From the NCBI GenBank assembly GCA_002269645.1, contig NIVC01000178.1, forward strand, positions 1 through 64,000: a stretch of DNA of 64,000 nt. The letters are read 5' to 3'. A model generated the notes under the pieces. That model was not told the DNA's origin, searched no databases, and was given only the letters and a program-made list of their open reading frames with translations. Position numbers and translations under genes: made by a program. This stretch comes from Macrostomum lignano (Eukaryota). This document shows positions 25,498-37,751 of this stretch, one piece after another; positions within the stretch are counted from its first letter, which is position 1, and each line of letters begins with the position of its first letter.

Positions 25498-25970
25498 CAA
25501 TAGCAATCCAGCATGCTCAAGCTTTGTGTCTCTTCTCAGCTCTCATTTTATCTATCCTCTTATCTCCTCTCTTATTTTCTATCCTTTCTTCTCTCTGTCT
25601 CTTTAATTACTTCTCTTGTCCTCTTCTCTGGCGTGCCTGCAGTCGTGAGTAATATTATTTATTTGGAACTTCAGTGAAATAAGGGTTTGTTAATCCCTGA
25701 TCTTGATCTGTGGGATTGATATTCCTATTTTTGTTTGAAATGGATTTGAACCACTTTTCAAAATAGTTTTCCAATGTGATTATCCCTATGGTAACTACAG
25801 TATAATTAATACCTATAGTGGCTATCTATACATACAACTATTTGTATAGCTATAATATATTGATATTGAGAAGTCAACTCTGCAACAGTCCTCAACTGCA
25901 TAAAACTCCTCAACAACATATTGGGTTCAACCAACAAAATTACCCTTGAGTAGGTTCTGGAAATCAGCCT

Positions 25971-26159
25971 CAGTGGCGGCGCAGCACCTCTAGTTGGAGG
26001 AGGGGCAGTGGCTGGGTGGCCACCCCTGTCCTTTACCTTTACAAGAAAAAATTTCTTGTGGCCTTGCACATACTTTTAATAGAATTTTTTATTAAAAGGG
26101 TGGTCACCCCTTGCTATAGACCCCCCCCCCATCCGACCCTCCTCCCTGCGCCACCACTG
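25971..26159. mobile_element. hAT-like MITE, 189 bp
   Basis: 14-bp TIR CAGTGGCGGCGCAG / CTGCGCCACCACTG with one mismatch; flanks ATCAGCCT / CTTAGCCT look like a decayed 8-bp TSD. Confidence 0.7.
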
Positions 26160-28767
26160 CTTAGCCTTTTTATTAGCTCTAGAAACTCCTTGTGCACCTC
26201 TCATAAAGAGATGTTTGAGCTGCCATTATGACCCTCTTAGGTCATGGCTATTTCTTTAGACATTAATACTTGCAATGCAAGGCAATACCACCAATGGCAA
26301 TTCCATTTGCAGTTTTTGTAACTAAGATAATGAACCTATTGAACATTATGCTAGTATCTATCCTACCTTCATGCAACATACAACATTGCGCAACATTGCG
26401 CAATAACATGCGCAACAGTCAGCTGAGTTGGCTGATCTGGCTGACCAATTTGGTGGCCAACCAAGGTAAATAGCAAAAATGCCCACCCAAATAAATATCA
26501 AAGTAGTACTAAGTAGATAACAAGGCATTTTGGCTTAATAAGGCAGTCATAGTTACTCGTGCCATCTACTCAAAGTTGCATTAACTTTGCTTTAGGGTTT
26601 CTTTTACATGTAAGTTGCATTTTTGGCCAAAAACTATGTTGAATTTTTTGTTAAAACTAAGTCACATAGCTGACCAAATTTGGAGGTTGCATGTATATAT
26701 TCATGCAAGCTAGACTCCCTTATATTGGGTCATAGCATAGAATAGCATAGATACTAGCAATACTAGGGGATCTCTCCAAGCAATACTAACTTTTTTTACA
26801 CTATAGGTATAGTAATGCATTGGCTATTCAAGGGTTAATAGAATGGATATTTATACCTTTTTCATTTAGTTGTCTTCTTTCAAAATAGCCCTATAGCTAA
26901 GTCCCAAAATGGAATTCTTGCTCGGGGATAAGAAATTTTTTGTTTTTGGAACAGTGTGCAAGTGCGCATGCCAGCTATAAAAATAAGTCATAATGTGGAT
27001 CATGGCCCATGCGCAAAAAAAGAATTCTCATTTTTCTAGTTTTTCAATTCTACGCTAATGTAAATTTAAAAATTGTACTTTAAGTGTAAGTAGCTTGAAC
27101 ACTACATTTTTATAGAAAATATTCTTAAAAATTTATGAGTTTTACTAAACTTTAAAGTAACTGTTTTTGCTAAAAACTATTATTCTTTGTTTTACTTTTT
27201 TTCGGCATAAAAACATCTGGACTATGAAAAGTAGTGAGAACTTGAGCACGCAAATGCCACATTGCACATAACCATGTTGAATGCATGTAATTTAAGTCAA
27301 ATCCTGTCTGTGATTCTGCAGCAAACAGCTTCTTATGCAAGCGCATATGATGGAGCATGCATACACCTTCTTTAAGAGTGCGCAAGTAGGCTCCTTTTCA
27401 GTGCGCAAGTGCGCACAAATTTGACAAGTGCGCATAAATGGGCAACAACTTTTTGTGCAAGAATTCTATCCTGGGCTAAGTCAATAAATAGGCCCTAAAT
27501 AAAATATAAATGTTGTAAGCTTTCTAATCAATTTCTTTTTAATTAATGAAAAGCCCTAAAATTTTAGACAATAGCATAGCATAAGAAATATCAAGATTAA
27601 AGTTTTAAGATTTTGAAAAGATAATTAATAAGAAATATTGACATTAACATTAATATATAACATTAATATCAGCATGATAATTAATAATAATATTATAATA
27701 AAAAGTTTTGAAATTACTAAAACTGAAACTGAAAACTGGTGTGATGTTTGTCTATCTTAATAATAATATAATAAATTTTGAAATTAAAAAAATTGGAATA
27801 TATCTATGTAACATAATGTAAGTTATAGATAATAACTATACACTATATAGCCTATAGGAGTAAGAAAAGCAATTATAATTCATATTACAATATTAAGATA
27901 TAGGGCCTAGGCTTATGAAAGATTTATTATCAAACAAATGCCTGAATACTGAATAGGATAGGATAAGGGAGAGGGCTAGGCCTAATCCAAGAAATTTCAA
28001 TAATATGCCTTCAAGAGCTGTTGTGCTCTAATCTTCACTAATGCTAATGTAATACCTGACAACGTAATTACTTTAATTTACATAATTCCTAAGCAGGTCT
28101 AACAGCTAGAGTAGTTGGCCAGACCAGAGGGCATAGTTTAAGGTTAATACGTGCGTTCTGAAAATTTTGTTGCAATATCAAACATTAAATAACCGCCACA
28201 TTTTTCGTGACTTCAATTGCGCTCACGCATATTTTTTGCGTCTGTTTTCTGCTGTCTTGTCTTCATGTGAGCGAACCCCATAGCTAACTTCTGTTATAAC
28301 TTGCATCCATGCACTGCACCCAACAGAGGCCTAGCATGCATCACATTATTGTAGAGACGCATTCCCAACAATTAAATAAACCATTCCGACCCATCCAAAA
28401 AATTGCGTTTTTCGTTAATATTGTCAATGATAGCTAATGTGCGTGTAATTCTTCTGTACTCATGCACGATCCTAATCACTGTGCGTTGCTTAATCGATAG
28501 CTCAGCTTGGCTTGGCTAAAACAGAATATTTAATATTCATCGTCTGTATAATCATTATTATTATTTATCGTCTAATGTTTTACAATGCTTGCAAGTCTCT
28601 TTTATTGCAAAGTTGTGATCAATCATTACAAATTAATATTATACCGCAAGCTACTACGTGCGCCGAAAAAATCATTTTCTGAAAGAAAGTAGGAGCATCA
28701 GAAATCTCTTTTGCTGTAGGTATGCATAATTATACATTTAGGCAACAAGTATACAATTAAGCTATAA

Positions 28768-31370
28768 CCCAGTGAAAAAAATGATATGGATTCCATGTGG
28801 ATTTTTCATATGAAATCCATATGCGCATTTGTCTCCGTCCATCCATGTGGAATCAAGATATGGATTCCACATGGAAGATCCATATGGAAGTAATTATGTA
28901 TTTCACATAGAATCCACATTGTCATTGAGTAAGCAGCCATTATACTGGTTGCCATAATAAATTGTTGCATCCTAAATCTCAAAATAATACCAGATCTCAA
29001 AATTTCATACGAACCCCAGATCTCAATAGGCCCTACCATATAAAATAAACTGAAACACAGATAAAACACTAGCTATAGCCAAAAATATTTCTGCACAAAA
29101 ATTCAAAATTCAATATTTAAAAACGATGTAAGGTGTATTTATGTACAGTAGTGAGTCATTGGCACACAAAGAATAAACACACTGATGTAAATATTGATAT
29201 CTTTAGAGTTGCACTGCGCATATGATATAATATATAATTTGAAATTGACATTGTCAATAGCATTAATTAATTAACAATAATATAATGCATCAGAATTAGA
29301 ACAGTCAGAAACATGCTGCTGCCAATTGCCAGAATGCTGCTTCTTCAGGTCAGGTGAGCAACCTTAGAAAAGAAAGGGTTTAAATTACAGAATTTTATAA
29401 CAGATTGATGACAGATTTTATAATAGATTTTGATAGATTTTGATGACAGAAAAAAATCAGTTTATAACTAAAACTTACCATTGCTTCACAAAAGGTAGCA
29501 TTTGAGATATTAAATTCAAATTCCAAGTAGCTTTGCAAGCTTCTTCAAATGCAAGACCAAGGTGACATCCAAGTTTGAGGATGGGCCATGTAATGTTAGG
29601 CATAAATAAAATAGAAAAATAATTGTTGCCAATTAAGATTGATAAATAATATTGATATAATTCATAAAACTAATTTATTGATGAATACTTATAAAAAAAG
29701 TTTATTTTAAAATTAACTAGGCCTAAGTCCTAGGTTTATTTTTTATGCGCAAAGTATGCATAGGCCTATGCACCCTAAATTTTAAAATCCCACCTTGAAA
29801 ATTGAAAATAAAAAGTGGATACAGTTTAGGTGCGATCTCATTACCTATTTTTTTGTTGAAGCCTTATTTGCACTGCCTTCATATAAGAAAAAAGAGAAAC
29901 TGCATTCTAAGCCTTAAAATTATAAAACCCTGAAAGTAAGCATAGGGTATGATTTTGCACCTTGTCTCTAGCAAAAAAGAAAACTCTACCTAAGTCAACC
30001 AATAAAATTACCAATAAAATAATAAGTACAAAAAGAATTAATAAATGTTTCTATAAATTTAATTTTTTATTTTAAAATTGATTTTAGACTATAAAGTATT
30101 TAGGCAAAGCAATGCATGTTTTTTATATTTGCTAGCCTAGTATGATTAAACATTAGGCCTAAGCGGCCTAAGCCTAAATAGCTATGCCCTATGGCTATTA
30201 AATTCTGGTCTTGGCCTAAATCAGATCAAATTTACAATAATTTAATACTTATTTATAATAGCAACCTTAGGGGTCTGCTAGGCTAGCTATGCCAAAAGCA
30301 AGTTGCAAGTGTAATTGCAAAGAATTATTTATTATAATTAATAATATCCATATACTAAAAATGAAAATCTTGCTTGTTTGTATGCAATTGATTAGAGAAA
30401 AATTGTTTTTAAAAAATGCAACAAGTCCAAAAGATGCTAATAGGCTTTTTTGAAGAAAATCATAAATTAATAGATTTTTAACAGATTAACTAGATTGACT
30501 AGTCACAATTCACAAAGTCAAGCTAGTCCTAACCTTAATTAAAATAGAAGGACCTAAATTTTAGGCTAAATTGATAGTTATAGGCCTAGCTTAAAATAGG
30601 CCTAATGAGCATACATATAAATAGATAGGTAGGACTAAGAGGAAATTATGAACTTCTAAAGGCCTATTCAAGTTAAAAAATGAGTAGCCAATCTATGGAC
30701 ATGGCCATGGGATTCCTAGAAATTGGATAAGCCTAAATAAATTTATCATGGATTTTACCAAAAGTATTAGGCCTATCTATGATAAAATACTGATTTATCT
30801 AATTTCTAATCCCATGGAGGCCATGGCCTTATAAGTTATTGCCTATAGGCTAGGTCTACTAAAATTTTTAAGGTGCTTAAATAGCCATAAACAAGGCAAT
30901 TTATGTTTCAAGGCCTTGAACCAAGACATTGACGAATTTAAAATAAAATTAATTTCATTTTAAAAAGCACGAAACGTTTTTTATTGTTTACTTCTATTTT
31001 GTCTATTTTAACAAACAGTGTCTTATTGTCCGATTATAATTTAGCTTTAAGATATTAATTTTTACTTAAAAGCATATAAATATAATAATTTATTATAGTA
31101 ATTTCATAAAAACGTCTGAATGTGGTGTATCACAGTTTTTTTATCGAAGTGGATTCCATGTTGAATCAATATACGCTTATTTCTCTTGAATTCCTTGTAA
31201 AATCCACATCAACATTAGGACAGTAAAAATAAAAAAAATAATGCATAAAAAATACTTTGCATACCATTATGTCATCTTTAAGTCATTAATTTGCAAAAAT
31301 TAAAGAAACATTTAAATTCCACATGGCCACGTGGAACCCACGTGGAATCCATAAATCATTTTTCACTGGG
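28768..31370. mobile_element. Non-autonomous TIR transposon, CMC/EnSpm-like, 2.6 kb
   Basis: Starts CCCAGTGAAAAAAATGATATGGATTCCATGTGG and ends CCACGTGGAATCCATAAATCATTTTTCACTGGG. 2-bp AA duplication; clustered TGGATTCCAC-type subterminal repeats at both ends; AT-rich interior with no ORF. Confidence 0.75.
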
Positions 31371-31947
31371 AATCCTGGCCCTGCGAGAAAGGTGAGTTTC
31401 TTTTTTAATCATACAAGCAGCTGCATCAGCCTATCCATTCCTCGCGGTTGAGCCCCTTACTACTAACACGTACTGTGATATGCGCGAATGCAGATTTTGC
31501 TTCTGTCGGCCACACCAATATATGTATATCTATATGCAGTTACAGGTATTCAAAGACTTTGGAAAAATTGTTATGGCGCTCCACTAGTAGCCCCTTCTTA
31601 AAAGCAATTAGTTTCGCGCTTCCTCACAACTTGTTGACGTCGACACCTATAGCTGCCATGTTCCCATGCAATTTTAGCTATTCCCAACACAACAATTTGA
31701 CACAACCTACTAGCTGCATGTGTACATGTGCTTCGTCACACACGGCTCGTAAATTGGCACAAAAATCACAAGTTAAAATTAAAAATGCTCCACATTTACT
31801 TCTTGCAGTAATCCTTGACTTTAAGCTTTTTGCCCCCCTGAACCCACACGACTACGATGCAGGGGAGCCATATGCACTTTGGGCCGCTCCCCGCTGGTGG
31901 CCCCAAAGCTGCGTGGCGCTCCCTAAAGAAGCGCCTATAATATCAAA

Positions 31948-32299
31948 CAGGCGCGTCACCACCGGGGGGACATGTGGGACATGTCCCACCCAGTGAAAGC
32001 TATTGGGGGAACATTCCAATGCTATATTATCCCTCCACCCCACCTTGTGACTCGTTTTGTGGTGATCAATATTTTTTCTTCAGGGCGCCAAAATGAGTGC
32101 CTGTGGCGCTAAAATGAGTACCTGCGGCGCCAAAAGAGTGCCTGTGGCGCTAAAAAGGAATTCTTGCGGCGCCAAAATATGTGCTGACAACACGATTCTC
32201 AAAATAATGGAAATGTAGGAATCTTAGTCACGTACTCTTACATGTTGAATTCTTGGCTTTGTCCCCCCCCACACCATAAAATCCAGGGCGACGCGCGCG
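31948..32299. mobile_element. Probable MITE
   Basis: Imperfect inverted ends CAGGCGCGTCACC...GGGGGGACA / TGTCCCCCCC...GGCGACGCGCGCG and internal GGCGC(C/T)AAAA repeats. Confidence 0.4.
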
Positions 32300-32549
32300 T
32301 ATTTTAAATGTAATGTACGAGCATAAAAATTACATGTAGCCATTAGACAATACATGTGCGCTAAGTAAATCGGGAAATATAAGATTGCTAGAGCGAATAT
32401 TATTAATAATTTCCTACGCCATAGTTTAAGTTCTCTTAAGCAGAATAGATTCCGCTACACGATGTATATTTGAATTGGACCTATTGCAGAATCCAGAAAA
32501 AATGATAAACTTTATTCTTCACAGCATGAGTATAATATACATGTGTATC

Positions 32550-35256
32550 TCACTGCCAGAGCATGCACTCAAAAGTCTTCATTGAGTACTCCAGTTTAAG
32601 CGAACTGCCCACTGAATTGACCAGGTAATAGAAGATGCCTGTGTTATTCAGTGCAGCAGGTGGGAGCAGGTAAACACCGTTAGGATTGATGAAGTTGCAC
32701 CAGCCGAACCACCAGCCACCTGATCTATCTCGGGCGCAGCTGCCACCGCTCCAGTTGTCATTGTCCGATTCAAGCGTGCTGAACTGCCAGTTGTTCGGAG
32801 ACCAGTGCTGCTCAGTACGCTGCCCGACACTCGACCTGCTCACGTCCAGAGGTCCCATCGAGCACCTGTACTTGTCGCTCGCTGGGCCAACAGAGAACGG
32901 AGAATTCTCAGCCCAGTACCAGGTGCCGTTCCAGTCGCTGAACTCCCAGCGGACTCTCCACACTCCAGTGGCGGTGAGCTGGTGGAGCTGCTCCAGTCCC
33001 ATCCAGTAGTTGAGACTCTCGCCCTGACCGAATCCGCTCGCATAGTCCGCCCAGCTGCGGTTAAAGCTGACGGAGCCGTCGACTCTGTGCTGGAAGGTCG
33101 TCCAGCACTTCACCGGCTCCCTCAGCTGCAATTAGCGATGCGGTGCTGCATTTCGTGCACGCATATTGATGCGGTGCTGCATTTCGTGCACGCATATTGA
33201 TGCGGTGCTGCATTTCATGCACGCATATTGATGCGGTGCTGCATTTCGTGCACGCATATTGATGCGGTGCTGCATTTCATGCACGCATATTGATGCGGTG
33301 CTGCATTTCGTGCACGCATATTGTTAGGATTCTTGAACGCTAACGAGTGCGTCATTGGCAAAAGCACGAGTGCGCGAAGCGCACGAGTGCTCTTTGCCAT
33401 AGACGCACGAGTTGGCGTGCATGAATCTCATTCTTATTTGATTCTTTCATTTTACATTCTGCCCAAAAAAGGTTATAATTGATATTACTATAGACATTAC
33501 CCGCTGCTAGCGGGGGTGCGGGGGCAGAGCCCCCGCTGGGGGCGTGGGGGCGAAGCCCCCACATTTTAACCATAGACAAAATCAATCTTGCACGCTGGAG
33601 ATGGTGAGGGGAGGGGGTAACGAAAGGAGATTACAATTGAAAGCTAGTTGCCACTATAAAAAAAAAAGCAATGGTTTGTTTCGCCATATTATGAAGTTGC
33701 GAGCGATTGACATAATAAATGATAAAGCCTTTCATGCCGCCAATCTTACCATGAAGAGCATTTGCAACGCTTTCCTTCGATCTGGAGGAAGAGTGAAGCA
33801 CTACGATGCTATTGAGAGTGACGACCTGAAGAAGCTCGGTAAATACTTCGATCGGTCGAATCCGGTGCGTCTTCAAGAGGAAGTATACTTTAACATCATT
33901 TATTACTATGGGAATAGAGGCCGTGAATGGTTGCGTGGTTTGAGGTTTGATCGGTTTTGTGAGAAGCGGCTCGCCAATGGACTCTACGCGATTGAGCTTG
34001 TTCAGGGAGATTCAAAGAATCTACATGGTTCTACCAGCGTCGCCGTCATGGTTGACAACAAGCAAGCGTTGATGGTGTCAAAGGGAGATTCTGCCAAATG
34101 CCCAGTTGAGGCGTTCAGACTGTACAAGCAAAAGGTCACCGAAGTTGAAGGATGGAACGGAGTGGACTTCTTTCTGCGACCAAACGCTAACTTTCGTTCA
34201 TCTGGTAAGTGGTACAGCAAGAGTGCAGTAGGAGTCAACACCCTTGGGCCTCTGATGAAGAAAATTTCTACGTCCGCCGGATTGTCCAAGCCATACACTG
34301 CGCATTGTGTGCGTGCAACTGTAATCACAGAACTTCACGACGCTGGATTTAATGTCGAAACTATCGCTAAAGTGACTGGCCACAAGCGAGGTGCATCCGT
34401 CGAGCGCTACATTCGACGAGGGAATAAACGAGAGCAAGCGATCTGTGCTATGAGCCATCAACTAACGGCTGCCGTGGAGGTGGCTACTACGGCCGACCCT
34501 CAAGTTGTAGGCACTGAGGCAAGTGACCCAGTTGACGTTATTAACGATCCTACGTCGGGCTCGGTGCGCTGTGTGCGAGTTATTCCGGAAAATCGGAAGA
34601 ATTTGAAGATTCGAGCCAATGGTGACACCAACGTCATTGAATTTGTATTTGAGTAGCATCTGATCGCAAGCGAAAAACTAGTAATGATATTAACCAATTT
34701 TCACTCGTTATTTTCTTGTTGTCTAAAAATAAAGTGCAATCCTGCACGTAAGATGCATTAGACCTAAAGGATAATTTGCCATAGACAACATCAATTCTGC
34801 ACGCTTGGGCGTGCCAGATCAGCAATCCTGCACGCAGAATCAAATAAGAATGATGCGGTGCTGCATTTCGTGCACGCATATTGATGCGGTGCTGCATTTC
34901 GTGCACGCATATTGATGCGGTGCTGCAAAGTGCAGAATCCACTAAGCAAAGCCCAGCTCACTCACCCACAGCTGAGGCAGGCTGGAGTCGCTGGAGTGCC
35001 GGCACTTCCTGCAGGCGTCCATCGCTCCCCGATCGCAGGCCAGCAGCGAGCAGGAGCCCGAGGCCGCGTCGAAGCGGACGGTATCTGCGTTCTCAGCAAG
35101 CATCGTACAGTGAATGTCGCTGATGGCCAGCTTCACCGCCAGCACCCGGTACTCGGCGAGGTCGCTTCGATGGCGCTCCCAGCCGGAGTTTGCGGCCACA
35201 GCAGTTGCTATGACAATGCAGTAGATGAAACCGAATGCGAAAAATAGATATGACAT
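32550..35256 (-). CDS. Secreted fibrinogen-related domain (FReD) protein with a short Cys-rich N-terminal region, 288 aa
   Basis: Model complement(join(32550..33125,34966..35256)), phase 0 (TGG|GTGAGT; CTAATTGCAG|CTG). Signal MSYLFFAFGFIYCIVIATAVAA; FReD motifs WTTFQHRVDGSVSFNRSWADYASGFG, YWMGLEQLHQLT, FSTLESDND, GGWWFGWCNFINPNG. Confidence 0.85.
33137..33322. repeat. 31-bp minisatellite, 6 copies (left of recombinase element)
   Basis: GATGCGGTGCTGCATTTCGTGCACGCATATT at 33137, 33168, 33199, 33230, 33261 and 33292. Confidence 0.97.
33323..34851 (+). mobile_element. Crypton-like tyrosine-recombinase DNA element, 1529 bp
   Basis: Interrupts a 31-bp array exactly at a unit boundary; carries a YR ORF and no RT; 18-bp inverted repeat at 33428-33445 / 34836-34853; hairpins at the left end. 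Confidence 0.8.
33601..34656 (+). CDS. Tyrosine recombinase (Crypton / DUF3504-type), possibly N-terminally damaged
   Basis: Catalytic pattern YYGNRGRE (R), HCVR (HxxR), VTGH and SVERY (Y), plus KWYSKSAVGVNTL typical of the Crypton-derived KCTD1/ZMYM-like domain. First ATG at 33601; the track starts at an upstream GTG. Confidence 0.85.
   Translation: MVRGGGNERRLQLKASCHYKKKSNGLFRHIMKLRAIDIINDKAFHAANLTMKSICNAFLRSGGRVKHYDAIESDDLKKLGKYFDRSNPVRLQEEVYFNIIYYYGNRGREWLRGLRFDRFCEKRLANGLYAIELVQGDSKNLHGSTSVAVMVDNKQALMVSKGDSAKCPVEAFRLYKQKVTEVEGWNGVDFFLRPNANFRSSGKWYSKSAVGVNTLGPLMKKISTSAGLSKPYTAHCVRATVITELHDAGFNVETIAKVTGHKRGASVERYIRRGNKREQAICAMSHQLTAAVEVATTADPQVVGTEASDPVDVINDPTSGSVRCVRVIPENRKNLKIRANGDTNVIEFVFE
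34852..34927. repeat. Same 31-bp minisatellite, 2.5 copies (right of recombinase element)
   Basis: Units resume in register at 34852, 34883 and 34914. Confidence 0.95.
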
Positions 35257-36588
35257 GTTTAGGGCTCCGGAAGATCTTTCCAGAAAATGAAGATTTTGTC
35301 GACGCTTTTGATGGAGAGGCAAAACGCTCGCCAAATACGAGTATTGACCCACTAGCTAGGTGAAAGGAAGAGAATATCCTTTTTAAGTGTTTAAACCGAA
35401 GCTGCCAAGTTTGTCTGTTTTATCGATTCGGCAATCGAAACGCTTTTACGGATCTGTATTTGAGCGATTTGCAATTGTTTGCAGATCATATTGTTTGCAC
35501 CGCCTAGTCTAGAGCTGTGACTGGTGATTGCTATCTGCAAGCAAAGCGCTCTTCATCGGTTGAATGGGATTTGAAGTGAAACTGCGGATGGTTTGTCTCA
35601 AGGACCTGGGAGGGGGGGGGCTTTCCGATTCAAGCTTTTCCTGGCTTCTGCAAACAAACGCATTGTTGATGGCTATGATGACATAAGAAAAAGAGAATTT
35701 GTTTAAAAGACGACAAACACACAGACGAAGATTCATTTGATTTTAGTTTTATTGACTAGTAAATGACTATATTCAGTATACAGTAACTATGTTTATTCAG
35801 TATAGCTATAGAATATTTCTTTTTTGAAATCTAAAAGAAAATGATCTTTCATCTTTTGAGTCTCATAATTTCTTCATAATTAAGAGAGTAGTACGTTCGG
35901 GTAAATCCTTGTATTTATTGTACGCAAAATATTTGACCGCTAACGGCTGCGAGATATGCTCGTCATGTTATAACTTCAAATTTATTTAGGGCTTTCCGTG
36001 TCCTCTCTGCTGTCTGTACTACAAACAGACATTGACATCTGTAGACATCGCTAGCAAATGGGTACTCTTACGTTGCACCAACGTTCAGGACGGCGAATAT
36101 AAATACGATAACAGCTACAACATCTGTTGAAAAAATTGAAAAATACATTTGAGACCGGTTACGTCCATATTGACTTTGGGTTACGTCAGCAGACGTATGG
36201 ATGTAGCCTGTGAAATCTGCTAAAATTAACAATTAAAACTTGAAACACTATGATGCGGTCCAGTTTTGGTGGCTTTAAAGTGAATCATGCCTTTTTTGAA
36301 TGAAAAACCCTAGTGCAGTTCGGGACAGACAGTTCGGGAGATTGACTGTCCGACGGTTTTTTGACCTCGGATAAAATTACTCGTAAACAACCGGCAAAAA
36401 TGAAGCTTAAGCTTCTACAATATGAAGTAGATACGCTAGTATTCTCGGGCCGTGTTTTGTCTATGGAAGTTCGGGATTTTATTCCAATCTGAGTAGAGCT
36501 TTGTAATCTGCATTCCAAGAGTTTGTCGCAGATGCGCATCATACTCTTCGCTAATATTGCCAATATCAGTTAACCGCTAAACTTAAGC

Positions 36589-37227
36589 ATGCCAAAATCC
36601 ACGCGAGTCAGTCAGCCGGCCATGGACCCGGCCTACATGAAACCGATGGCCTACACCGCCTCCATGGAGACGCACGATCTTGGACGGCGACTCTCTCAAG
36701 CGCAGCTGTTGCAACTGGCCAGCCGCAATCTCAACCGCTCATTTGAGCAAGGCGTCCTTGCTGGAGTTAGTAGCATTGAGCCACGACTCTCATATCCAGC
36801 CTCCCTATCGGCTTCATCAAACTCATCTACGACTTCGCCTTCTTCGTCGTCAACTTCGCGTCCTCGTCGTCGCGTCTCGTCCGCGGCCAACATTCAACGC
36901 TCACCGCTGATGTCCACCAGCAATGCCGACGTCGCCCGACGCGAGGCTGTGCTGCAGGGCGAGTTCGACATCATCAGTCGGTCGCACGTGGTCCGCTACG
37001 AGCAGGACTCGGCGTTCAAGAAGGACCGACGGGTGACGCCCGAGATCATGGCGCTGCAAAATTCTCAGCACCGACTGATGCCCCGAGGCCGATCAGCAGC
37101 AGCTTCCGGTCGACAATCTACTTTTACTAATAGAAAAGACTCTCAACAAACTTCGGCTTCATTTAGACAGCCGTTTGGTAACTCAATTTCAAAGGGACGC
37201 GAAAGCAAAACAAAGGAGACGAGATAG
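36589..37227 (+). CDS. Hypothetical protein, or upstream exon of the 37752-40485 gene
   Basis: ATG-initiated 212-codon ORF with GC-rich codon-like composition and a Ser-rich tract. A weak phase-1 donor could join it to the acceptor just before 37752. No recognisable family. Confidence 0.55.
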   Translation: MPKSTRVSQPAMDPAYMKPMAYTASMETHDLGRRLSQAQLLQLASRNLNRSFEQGVLAGVSSIEPRLSYPASLSASSNSSTTSPSSSSTSRPRRRVSSAANIQRSPLMSTSNADVARREAVLQGEFDIISRSHVVRYEQDSAFKKDRRVTPEIMALQNSQHRLMPRGRSAAASGRQSTFTNRKDSQQTSASFRQPFGNSISKGRESKTKETR

Positions 37228-37751
37228 TCACAAAAACACGTCATTGAAACTTTTCGTTTTTAACATTATCATTCTGCAGTGTCTCGATGGAAATGGCTAA
37301 AAAGGCCTCTTCAAATGGGCAGCATGATGTTCTTTTCAATGAAAAATAACTGTTTTAAGTTTTAAGTTTATAAATGTCAAGGACACGAAAACTTTTTCAT
37401 CCCATTTCGATTTGCATTCTTTCTGATCAGGCGTAATGAGGCTGATTGTATAAAAACTGTCTGATGAGGCTTAGACAGATACGATAAGCTTTGATTGAGC
37501 CATTCTGAATATAACCGTGACCGTTGCTATTGGCCACAATAATAGATCGACTATGTAAAGATTTATGCCAGCCAAGTCACACGCGATGCAACGCATCAGC
37601 TGCGCAGCATTGGTGCATTATGCATGAGCCATTACGCATCGATAAACCTGTGCAGAGGCCATACAATCGTATTATAGCTTGACTGGAACTCTAAGATACT
37701 TTTTGAGTATCCATCAATAGTAGCAAGTCTCAGCAGCCGCTAGACATCATC

